Positions 24,285 through 35,730 of a stretch of DNA of 64,000 nucleotides are shown in pieces. Below the pieces are notes generated by a model. That model worked only from the letters and a program-made list of their open reading frames with translations. It was not told the origin of the DNA and did no database searches. The stretch is from Trichosphaerium sp. ATCC 40318 (lineage: Eukaryota > Protista > Tubulinea): contig JALMLS010000341.1 of the NCBI GenBank assembly GCA_038496445.1, positions 99,663-163,662 of the forward strand, in the 5' to 3' direction. The position numbers and the translations under genes were made by a program. Position 1 is the first letter of the stretch. Each line of letters begins with the position of its first letter.

Positions 24285-26056
24285 ATGAGTACTACTGTAG
24301 TGCTGTTTTTATGTATTCTTTCCCTTGCGAACAGTGTGAAGCTTAAAATAGACAGTTCAGACGCATCTTTAGCAACAAACCGACAATTGAACGCTATGCC
24401 AAATAGCCAGCTGTACATAGTTTCCAACGAACTCTCCAAACGTATGTACATTGTGGAATGAAAAACAACTTACTTCTTTAGTACCAATTCAAATTGATGC
24501 CGAAGGAGATTGCGATGAATCATGCGTCTTTGATGTTAGAATTGAGGAAGAAAACAACTCATGGTAAGTTGACATTTGTTGATACACTTATTAAGTTGAC
24601 GAAGGAACTATGATGTTCCGCCTACCCCACACCAGAGAGCACAATACTCAACCTACGTCCCTGAAGAAAGTCTGTATGGTAATACACATAATCAGAGAGC
24701 CTATAAGAGCGGTCAATACTATGTTATAGAGCCAAGCATCTCAAAAGAGTTCGCCAGTGTGATAATATCAATGAAACATCCAAATGGTTCACGGTAAGTT
24801 TTGAAGTTTCTACTATGTAATTCTTACAAAGTAGTATGTCCGGCGTACAACCGAAAGAGATACTTATTGTAAGAAAGAAAGCGTATGACGAAAAATTAAA
24901 GGTGGTTGAGCAGAACGTTGCCTCAAAAAGACAAGAGAAACATGTGTATGAGATCGAATACAAACGAAACAAGACTCAGATATCAGAAGCATACGAGCCC
25001 TTACGCCTTCACCCAGAGATTTTCACGTTTTCAAGTGATTTCTTGGATCCTATTCTAAAGGCCAAACTTGAAAGTAAGCAGCTAGATCTTGACGTTGTAG
25101 CTGAATCAGGTATTTTTGGGCTACCAATGTTCACGCCTGAATTTGTTGCGAAATTCCTTGATGAAATAGCAAACATTAAGGCTTCCAATGTTGAGACTTC
25201 TCGTCCAAATAGGTAAGTGCCAACGCTAAAACTAATCTAATCCTGTATAGTATGAATAATTATGGAGTGATACTGGACTACTTAGGATTCGAACGCTTCT
25301 TTGACGTAAGAAAAAATAAGAAAATACTTGCTAACACTTTGCCAGGAATTTATAGATCAAGTTATACAACCTATCGCAGAACATTTATTCCCTGGCACGA
25401 ATTAATCCGAAATGTATCTAATACGAACATAGAGTGGATATCACCTTTCTTTAAACTTGATAGTGTACAGACAAAGTACCGCTTAAACGTACTTAGACTG
25501 TTTTTAGCACCGTGCTTTTATAGTAGAATATGAGATTGGGAATGATGAAGATTTGGACTTTCATATGGATCAAGCAGAGGTAGTTTGCGCAATACTATTG
25601 ATAAGTGCTTATATTATTTGTTTAGATTACACTCAACCTATGCCTTGGCGAAGATTTCACAGGTGGTGAAGTGTACTTTAAAGGAGTCAGGTAATCATTT
25701 ACACTTCGTAAGTGGTTCTAAGTTCTGTTAGGGATACACCACTCGAGAAAGTTGAGAACTTTGAGTATCCACATACTGTAGGTAGAGGTATATTACACCT
25801 AGGTAAGATTGTTTTTCAGGAAAGCTTGTTCTCTTAAAAATAAACAGGACAACACTGGCATGGCGCTAAAAAAATCAAAAGTGGAAAGCGATACAACCTG
25901 ATATGTAAGTAGTACTTACGTTTTTCCGTTGTTTATTCTTGTGAAGTATGGTCAAAAAGCTCAAGCTATCGAGAGAGCGCAGCTGAAAGAGTCCTCAGAG
26001 CTCACAATGCCATCAACTTTGAAAACGATTTTTCCTCGCCAAAAATAGAATTATGA
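24285..26056 (+). CDS. 2OG-Fe(II) dioxygenase (OGFOD2/PLOD C-terminal-like) with signal peptide and KIEL C-terminus
   Basis: RPNSMNNYGVIL, DFHMDQAEITLNLCLGEDFTGGEVYF, HLGQHWHGAKKIKSGKRYNLI (HxD...H...R). Confidence 0.85.
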
Positions 26057-26276
26057 ACCCAGTACATTCTCAATACCTTTTGATGTATATTTTAATAGCG
26101 CTTATATATTATACTACGTATGTGATTACCATGTTTATTAGTTTTCATTATTGTAATGTACAATTTTCTTCATTTTTTTTTTCTTTTTTTTTTTTTACAT
26201 TCTTAGTATGGATTATCTTCTTCAACTTCATCACTATTAGATTTCTTGTTCTTTTTCTTGTTTTTCTTAGGTTTTC

Positions 26277-28401
26277 TCAAAAAATCTTCTGCGAATGGAT
26301 TATCTTCTTCATTTGCACTCAAGTCTTGAATCTAAAAAACCCCAAAAATCAGAAATCAAGTGAAGTTTGAGAAAGCATGCAATTTAAAAGTATTTTAACG
26401 TACACCATGTGCCTTATCTAATTTCGCTTCTTCCCAATTACTTTCTATTTCCTCAGCTTCACGCTCTACAAATAAGTTAGTCAACAAAGGAATTCCCAAG
26501 TACATTATGAAGAAATCTATGAAATTTTTAACTGTTCCACAAAAACAAGTTTTGACATTTTCAAATAAACACAAATTCCATCTTGTATGCCTTTTTTTCA
26601 AGCTCGAAAAGAGGTAAATTCAAAAAGCGCAGTACCTCCTTTTGAGTCTGCCAAGTTTGGCTTCACACAACACTTCTCATTAACCCAAAAACTTAGAGCA
26701 TTTGCAACATCATATAAAACCACACTTGACCATTTACTTCTATCATCTTCACATAATTTCTTATGAACAGCCTTTAAGTGCGTCATAATAGGTCTACCAT
26801 CAAGTGGTAATCCAACTAATTCTTTCTCAAGAATTTCTTTCGCTTCAATAAAAACCTACATACAGCCGTTAACAAAATGCAATAACTGTTCACACAGTCA
26901 CGTTTTATCCCTTCATATCACGTACCTTGTCTAATTTTATGCGAATGCCTTTGGATACGTGCATTGTCTCATATTCTTTACTTTCTGGCTTAGTGGCTTG
27001 CTTAACAACAGCGCTATGAATAATTCCTTTACGAATATCAAAATCTATTGACTAAAGCAGGCTCGTTAGATGGCATTACACTAGTGATATAACTAGCATA
27101 CAATTCTACCAACATCTGTGGCTTGTTGAGATATCCATTGTACGGTGAAAGGAGGATTATGTGCGTACGTCTAGAAGGGAATGTTAGGCAACGTACATAG
27201 TTTTTTTTTTGAATTTGGTCAAAGCGTACCCAGTCCCATGTCTGGAAATACTCATACATCTTTACTACTTCAGGTATGCTTTTCATTTCTTCTTCTGTGA
27301 TAGTTTTTGGCTATTTCTAAAATAAACATGCAAATATAGGAGAATGTAATTAAACTTACAACAAAATCCAAATGATCAATAGTTGTGTTTGTAACAAGAA
27401 ATGAGTCAACGATAGCTGAACAGACTTTAGTAACATCAATAGTCCTCTTTTTTGTATGATCAGATAGTATAGTAACTTTAGATCTAACACTTTTTGTTCC
27501 CTTATTCTTTAAAACGCCAGTAAGTCACTCAACTGAAAAAAATTCGGAAAAAAATGAGAAACACAACTTACTGTCATTGTCGTGTTTATAGGTGATTGCT
27601 TCAGCGCTTTACCAAGATTCTTAAGATCTGAGTCAACAAGGAGAGTCATATGATGGTAAGCGCGTTTTCCAGAGATACGGTAAGCAGATCCTGAGACTTT
27701 CATGCCATCAACAAGTATATCGCTTAGTGCTCGTCAACCCAAGTGATTTTTTGTATTTCTATTAGCGTACTGTTTCTGAGATACTGTGGTTTTAATTTTA
27801 TAGCGTCGCCTTAGCGCATCTATAACAATCTGCGTGTTTTTCTCTTTTTTCAGTTCTTCACCGTAGAAACACAAGTTGAGGTTGTCATCATCCTTGGGCA
27901 GAGGTTAATAGTGTAATGTTTGCGAAAAAAAGATAGATGTCTATACGTACATGGTACACAGTGCCTCCTCCACTTTCACGGCGTATGAGGAGTATTTCCT
28001 TCGCGTCAAGTGTACGTATATCGCATTCAGCCCAAACATGCTGATTTCTGCCAATTATAACCTAAATGAATTAGAAAACAATCGTAAACGCGTATAGTAC
28101 TGTTGGTTGATTTAAGTAGAAAAAAGCTGTAGGAACGCTTGTATCAAACGTCTTGTGAAGATATGACTCGAAAGCGAGGTTCCAGTAGGGCGAATAAGAC
28201 GCTGATTCATAAATTAATGCTGTATCTGCTTTTTCCGCCTGTAATACACATCTTAGGTATAATATAGTGATATACTACGCCAGGCAGCCTAAAAGCAAAT
28301 TAAATGCCTACCTCAACATTTTTAGTGCTATAAGCTCTTTTGACGCGCTGGTAGCGTCTAGATATAAATAAAGATCTACTGGTAGTAGCGGTGCGCAACA
28401 T
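26277..28401 (-). CDS. Lipoate-protein ligase A / lipoyltransferase, probably mitochondrial; 3' end approximate
   Basis: NLAFESYL, VIIGRNQH, RRESGGGTVYH, KVSGSAYR, HHMTLL, TKSVRSKV; Arg/Ser-rich presequence. Confidence 0.88.
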
Positions 28402-28614
28402 AAAAGTGCTTTACAGAGATTGCAAGGTCAAATTCATTGACCTCACTTTAGCGGTTAAGTGAAACGTTGTGGCTTTGTTATTATTTACTTAGCAGCCAAT
28501 CGAATGTATTAATAACTCAATGGAACGCGACGAAAAACACATGAAGAGCTTGGAACGACAAAATAAACGATTTTTTTCATTTGTAGCCCCATGGGGTTTT
28601 TATTTTTAGCTGAT

Positions 28615-29173
28615 TTATCTGTAGTAGTCAATGATTGTTAGTTTACCTCCTTTGGTCATTGCCGCCTTTATGAAAAAAAAAATAAGGAAAATTCGCTACA
28701 GATCACGTGATTGTACTGAAAAAACCGTTTGGCTGCTTAAACAGCAAAAGTGCACGTACCTGAATCTCAGGGAGTAACTTTATTGTGAGTTCTCCAGCAG
28801 CAAAAGTTGCTGTAACCTTATCATTGATTTCTTCGCCTAGTAGTGGGTTAGAGGTGCACCACGAGATCAAAGAAAAGTGCGTTGACAAAACAAAAAGATC
28901 AAAGTATTTTTTTTTTTCGGTTCTCGGAGTACGTACCGTCCAGTAGTAGGCCCTCCATTGGTAGTTTTCCGCCTTGCATTGTCCAAGGTGACAGTTTGAT
29001 TATTTCAGCGTTAAAACCTGCTTGCAGCGTCAAACCAACGATACCTATCGGAAATTAACTATTTGGTGTTAACGTTATTATTTAAAGTTACCAGTTTGGC
29101 AAACCACTGATAGTACACCATCAGTAATATCTAATGAAGTCGCTCCTTTCTCAATTGTTACGTTTGTTGACAT
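28615..29173 (-). CDS. Small protein, possibly HSP20/alpha-crystallin-like fold
   Basis: Four short exons splice into ~100 aa; KVTATFAAGELTIKLLP resembles the A-x-x-x-x-G-x-L strand motif. Confidence 0.45.
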
Positions 29174-29249
29174 CTTACAATGAAAAACAAAAAAACAAAA
29201 TTCAACGTTAGTCTTTATGAGTCGAAAATCATTTATCAATTTATCGATT

Positions 29250-29849
29250 ATGAAGTACTTGTTGCTCATATCGGTTCTTGCCTTCGTGGCACTATCCGTC
29301 GTAGGAGACGAGACTGATATTACCAGAGCCGAACTCCACGTACGAACAAACTTTTCGAATACACTCAAAAAATTTGCTTACGTTGTCTACTTAGAGTTGC
29401 TCCGGGTGACGATTGAACAGGTTTCATGAACTTCTAACAAACTTTTAAAATTAACTCTTCATAGACTTCCTAAAGTCAAATCGTTCATCAGAGAACATGC
29501 TCCCAAAATGTATCCTCAAAATAGCGCTATCTAAATTTGAGTTTGTTATTTTTTTGCCTTGACACGTCAAAGCGCGAACTTGGAAGTAAAATATGTCGGT
29601 GGCGACCCTAGACTCGTTTTCTTCAATGACGGAGACGAAGAGATTGAAACAATCAACGTCAGCACAATGGACGAAAGTACGTGGCTACAACGCGCTATTA
29701 AACCTCGTGAATTACATACCACAGCTAACAGCGAACTTTTAGGCCAAATCATTGACACTCTTGCCGAAAGAGGTATCATGAAAGAGGGCGAAGAAGCCAC
29801 TGAAGCCATTGAAGCCACTGACGATGAACCTCAAAAGAAAGAACTCTAA
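29250..29849 (+). CDS. Selenoprotein M / Sep15 family ER thioredoxin-like protein (CxxU, Sec codon TGA 29407-29409)
   Basis: Signal peptide; exon 2 AGT TGC TCC GGG TGA CGA TTG AAC AG gives SCSGURLNRLPKVKSFI; NLEVKYVGGDPRLVFF; ends KKEL; SECIS downstream. Confidence 0.92.
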
Positions 29850-29904
29850 AAAGAGCCGTAAAGACGGTTATCTAACTTTTTAAATTTATCGCTAATTTGC
29901 GCGT

Positions 29905-29968
29905 ACGACATTATGATTGCGTGTCTTGTAACCAAAAATATGGAGAGACGCGCTTGAAAAAACCTCGC
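29905..29968 (+). promoter_or_regulatory. Eukaryotic SECIS element (type II-like)
   Basis: ATGA 29913-29916; GCGTGTCT pairs with AGACGCGC; unpaired AA; CCA/TGG mini-stem; GA 29956-29957; ~60 nt after the stop codon. Confidence 0.88.
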
Positions 29969-30345
29969 GGGGTTGTACAAGTGAACAAAGTAAAATTTAA
30001 ATAAAATCATTTCAAAAAAAAATATTGTTTGCCTTGATACTACCTTACTTTTTACCTCAAGGATGTGTGGGTGCTAACAACGATCCCGTTAAAAACTCTC
30101 TTATCTGTAGAGACGGCTATAAATCTATTGCACGCGTTGTAGCGCTTCAACAGATTTCGCTGTTCTTTACATTGTTTTGTTGCTTAGTATGAATATGAAC
30201 GCACTTAGAAATCGATAACATCTAAACCATCGAACTAAAAACCACAGTAGCAATTGCAAACAACACTGCATGTTTGTTGTGAAAAAGGGAGAAATTGAAC
30301 TTTCCTGTTTCGGTTGAACGAACTGCCTTTTTGTTCATTTTCACA

Positions 30346-31537
30346 ATGGCAACACAGCAAAAGCACAACACTCAGTACGGCATCACACCAACAAATTAAC
30401 CTCATTTACGCTAGTGATACTAAACAGAACTGGTTTAAAGCTCTACCAGTTGAAATAATAGCACAAATACTAAAACAATGTCCAAAAGCGCCTAATGTTA
30501 CAGGCGCATGTCATTTATTGCGAAACGTCTTTCAAGAGCATGTTGGGTACTCCGGTTATCGTCTTCCCTGTTACACACGCCATTGCACGACATTTTATGA
30601 TAGTAGGATACTACAAAGTGCACAAATAGTAGTATTTGATGGCGTTAGAGATGAAGCCATTAAACTCCTTCGAAATGTTAGGTCTATATCATTCGGTGAA
30701 AGATCACGTGTTACAAATGACGGCTATAAGTATCTTGCAGGTGTTCACACAATAAACCTTAGACATAATAAGAGTATAAGAGATGATGGTATACGCTCTT
30801 TAGCAGGTGTACATACAATTGATCTTAAGAAAACATGTGTTACTGACTATGGTGTAAAAGCTCTTTCTGGTGTTCATAATATTAATCTTAGCGAAACTGA
30901 AGTTACAGATGTTGGCATTAAAGCTCTATCTGGTGTTCACACAATAGACTTATCGGAAACTAAGGTTACAGATGAAGGTATTAAAGCACTTACAGGAGTA
31001 AATACAATATTCTTACGGCGATGTCGTTACATAACTGATGAAGGTATAAAATCTCTTGCGGGTGCCACAAAGGTTTTTTTAACCTATGTGCGTGGGATAA
31101 CAGATAAAGGTATACAAGCACTGGCTGGCGCTAAAGTCGTGGATCTAAGCCACGCTAATGTGTCTGACAAAGGTCTGAAAGCGCTAGCAGGAGTACAAAC
31201 AATAGGTCTTCGAAATGCCCAGAGAATTACAGATGAAGGTATCAAAGCATTAGCAGGAGTTAAAGTTATAGATCTAGCTCTCACTAACGTAACTGATAAA
31301 GGTGTTAAGGCACTATGTGGAGTTCACCAAATTGGGCTATGGCGTACTAATGTGACAGATGAAGGCATAAAAAAACTGAGTGGTGTGCAGACTTTGTCGA
31401 TTGCTCAAACTTTAGTAACAATTGAAGGCTTACGACCACATGTCAATACCCTAAAGAAACTTCAAATAGGCTATAAGTTTGGTGATGTTGGTGAGCTTTC
31501 CAAAGTATTTAAAAACACAACAATTCTTCGCCAATGA
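30346..31537 (+). CDS. F-box + leucine-rich-repeat protein
   Basis: Short first exon MATQQKHNT, one intron, then WFKALPVEIIAQIL and about 12 repeats of GVHTIDLSxTxVTDEGIKAL. Confidence 0.85.
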
Positions 31538-31771
31538 TACAAACAAAGTACCTTTTCAAAAAAGACAATAACAAAATTCAACAAAAAACTGCAGTACTTG
31601 ACTAGTCGCCAGACACTATATGACTGTAATTATTCATTCTATGAAATAATCATTTACTTAACATGTTAATAAGCTTATAATTTGTACCATGACTTTACTA
31701 CTTGTTTGTTCAGTAGCGAAGTTTGTGTCCAACAAAAAAAAAAAAAAAAGACTGCTGACGACTTTTCTTGT

Positions 31772-32470
31772 TTATTCGTTCCTGAGTTTATAAAACACAG
31801 CAGCTATAGCGCCATTGAACCCATCGCTTGTAGTGGTCCAAGCAGTGGAGGTAGTTATACGTTCATACTTGAAGTTCAATAGAAAAAACCTTAGTGCTTC
31901 TAAATTCACAGTATCTAAAGCGCAAGTTGGTGATTTTCCACTACAGTCCATATTCTTATAAAAGATATTCCACATCACACGTGGCTGGGAATCACGTGAT
32001 TGTGACGCAATCGCCGTAGAAGATTTATCTTGACATGCTAAAAAGACAATTTAGCAAGGGCGCTTGAGAGGAGTTTGCTGAAAACGGAATAAAGTAGTTA
32101 CTAAAAAAGCAAATTTTAGACATACTTTCAGCGCCATTGACATCTATGAACGTTAAGGTAGTAATGCCTGCATTAGATCCTTCTGAATCAGCGCTCCAGC
32201 TGATATCCACGTCAATGAATTCAAATTCAGGGCTGTGAGGGCCATTTAGGCATTTCATTGCTGCACTGGATGAAAAGAAAGAAGATTAGATATGTCATTG
32301 GAATTTTTCAGTACTACGTACGCAATGGATTGGTTTACTGCCCTATCGCATGTTGAAAGATCACTTGCGCATGGTACATTCGCATAAAAAGTTTTTGTCT
32401 GTATTGGGTCGTTTTGAGCATAAACAACTGCTAAACTGATGCAAGCGATGAAAGACAATATGAGTTTCAT
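31772..32470 (-). CDS. Small secreted Cys-containing protein of unknown function
   Basis: Signal peptide MKLILSFIACISLAVVYA; three exons. Confidence 0.6.
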
Positions 32471-32639
32471 TATTGCTGACTATTAAACCCACGTGTAAAT
32501 GTTGTGACGGGTGAAAGATAATGACAGTTAAGTCACTATAACTGATTTGGATAGTACGTTGTGTCCTATTGCGATTATTGTTCATTTCATACTTCGCTAT
32601 CTCCTTAGAGACTATTTAATCTCTACAGTGGCACTTTTT

Positions 32640-35557
32640 AGTCTACCTTGCAGCTTGCACTTCACAAAACGCTGCAATCTCTCAACCATGCCAACGTGAA
32701 ACCAAGTGGTAGTAGTTCTGTGGTAGTAATACAAAGGGTTTTATTACAGACTGCGTCTGTTTGGTTGTCAATGCCACGGCACTTTAGGTTTTCAGTATTT
32801 TTAATACAAAAACAACCCAAAGAACTATGTTTCTCGTAACGAACACTCATATCTTTCTGCAGCTATCTCGTTTTTAGTTTTTTGCGGTTCAATATCAATA
32901 TGCTCTGGTTCTGGGGATTGACTCTGTCCAGACTGGTTGCTACTACCTAAAACACCAGAAGTATTATAGATATCTCTTATAGGCGTAGCAAGCTCTTCCT
33001 AAGGTAAAAAAATAAGTCAAGATCACGTGACAGCCGACGAAATGAGTTTTTTTTTTTTCGATCTGTTTTGTAATTTTGATGCGTACTCCTGCTTTAGTAT
33101 GTGCTCTTATGAAATCTGGGTGGTTGATAGGTTTATCAGGGTAAACTGTTCGAAGTTGATCCAGGTTGTTCTTTTTTAAAACATCCTTTAAGGACTTACA
33201 ACGGACATCTCCAAGTATGAAATTAGCGTGTTTTCTGTCTACTTCTATAAGAATTGGACGTCTTAGTTTACCACTATGAAAGCCTGGTAACCATATCAAT
33301 ATGTTAAATAAAGGTACTAATGTAGTAAAAATAAAATGATCATTTTATCGTACAGTTTATAGCGAGGTTACCAGGTTGAGACTTTGAAAAACGAATAATA
33401 AATAATCCATTCTTATTTTTTTCTTTTAATAAATCAGCAACTGTTGTTGAGCTTCCAAATCCATAGATAAATCTACAACATTAATTAGCGTCATAGCAGG
33501 TTTAATGCGAGCACTTACCCAGATTGCCATAATGGTAATAATTTTTGGTGCATGAATAACGCTTCTGTAAGATGGTACCTTCAAAAAAAACTAAGTCTAC
33601 TTCAGTTCGTTTTGTTTCTTACCATTTCCAGAACTTTGCAAACTTAGACAAGTGTATTTTTTCCTTAGAATCAGCTCCGCCACTACCTATAAATGTTTTA
33701 GTACACTAATTGGTAATATAAAATACGTTGTGGCTCCTCAACATAACTGGGAAAAATGGATTGTTTGTTTAAAATTACCTAGCAAAGAAGCCAAGAAACT
33801 CTTGTGGTTGTCATCAAGAGTCACTAGAGATTGTTTTTTTATCCTTTCTACAATAGCGGATAAAACATTTGGTAGAGGTACAGAAATTCTGGTGTAGTCA
33901 AACGTAAAAAACTAAACAACAAGGTAAGCAATCATTCCTAAAAAAAGAAACAGAAAACAAGTACAGGAAGCGATAACTGAAGCCAAACTTTACAACCAAG
34001 TTCAGCTTTTGCATTCCAATGGCCAAGTGCCGTTGTAAGTGAATTTTTTACGAGTCCTTCAAATGCATCTAAACCGGTATGAATCTTTGTAAGTTTACTC
34101 ATGACCTAAAAATAAAGGTGAGCAAACAACTATAAATAGTGGTAAAACCAATGGTGTACAAGTTCAGTTGTTGGTCGTTCTGATGGTTCTTCAGCAATAC
34201 ACTCAAGAGCAAGATTGACTAGTTGTGGTGGACATGTAGATATTTCTTTAGCGAACGCGTCACGTATCATCTCGGGACGGCAACCTACAATACTTTAAAA
34301 AAAAACCCACTTAAAAGGTTGTTTGCAGGTCACATACCGAACGATATCTCACCATCTTTTTTCTTCATATAACTACAATTAATACGAATATCCTCACCAA
34401 GACCTACGCAATGTTACTACATACATAGACTAGAAATTCGTCTTACACAAAGTTATAATTTCCAACAATAATATGCCAAAACTAAAGATATCTGCAGAAA
34501 AATCATAATGACCAGTATGAATTTCTGGTGCTCGCCACCTTGTAACTTCAGTTAACAAAAAACAAAGTAAGATGAGTCATCATTACCAAGGTGTTCCTAC
34601 TTCAGCAAGTTGGTCATTCATATGAAGCTCTTTTTTAAATAAACGAGCAAGTCCAAAATCAGCAAGTTTACATTTACCAGAAGCGTCAATCTAAAGTTGA
34701 TGTTAAAACTCGCAAATGACGTCAAATTTCGTGCCAATATATTTTCGCCTAAAACAAAGTCAGTAACATCACTACTACGAACCACGTGTTTAACGTACAT
34801 TTCAAATCCCTATGCATACACGACCTTCCGTGTAAATACATCAAGGAGCGTGCAATCTCAAGAGCCATTCTATACGACAATATTTTAATTGGAAATAAAA
34901 AATCAAATCAAAAACAAAAAGTTTATCCCAAAGCTCATCGACATCAACAATTAATAAAACCAATAAGTAAAAAATAAACACAACAATACCTTGTGCGTTC
35001 ATTCCATGATATGTTCTTATTTTTTTGTAGTTTCGATAGCAGTGATCCACCTTGTACAAACTCCTTTTGGTTTTTTTTGTTAAATTAAACTCCTATTATT
35101 GCGGTATCACGTGCTTGTACTATATACATGTGACCAGCATCTGTATCGCGTGAGATGCCCATGAATAGCACGACATCTGTACAATAGCGTTACATAAACT
35201 TTAAAGAGATGTAGGAGTACAAAACGACAACGTACTTGGATGTCTCATACATTTTAACATATTTACTTCGTGCTCAAAGTCTTCTAATAGATTTTCTCTT
35301 GTTGTGTGCTCTGCGTTAATCTATATAATCTTTAGCTCACATTGACGCTAAGAGAGCGTTATTTGCACCTTTTTAACAGCAACTTCGGTTCCGGCGTATT
35401 TACACAAGTATACGACGCCAAAGGAGCCAGCACCTAATACCCTTTGCTTTTTAGGATCATCTTTCGCTGTTAAAAAATGTATATCGCGTAGAGGGATTTC
35501 AAATGAGTTTCTCTCTGCTTCTCCAGGAGATACTAAGTCTCCAACGTGTATACTCAT
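32640..35557 (-). CDS. TKL protein kinase with a C-terminal STAT-type SH2 domain (Dictyostelium Shk-like); 3' end approximate
   Basis: LGAGSFGVVY, VAVKK, MHRDLK, DFGLAR, VGTPWWRAPE, ADIFSFG; downstream IYGFGS..LLKEK..GLLLFRFSKSQPG. Confidence 0.8.
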
Positions 35558-35730
35558 GTTTTGATTCTGATAATCTGTAGTTTAGACTGTGTTTGAAGTA
35601 AAAATACAATTTTTTACACGCCGAATCACTTTGACTTTGTTTGTACTGAATAACTCCCAAATCACTCAGAATATCGTTTTGGAGTTTGTAGTGGGTGTTT
35701 TACAGGCTTAGGAGTTGAATTCTATTGCGT

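Noticed and set aside
29407-29409. Genome-wide UGA reassignment
   Set aside because: TGA, TAA and TAG all terminate other genes here; the single in-frame TGA is explained by the SECIS.
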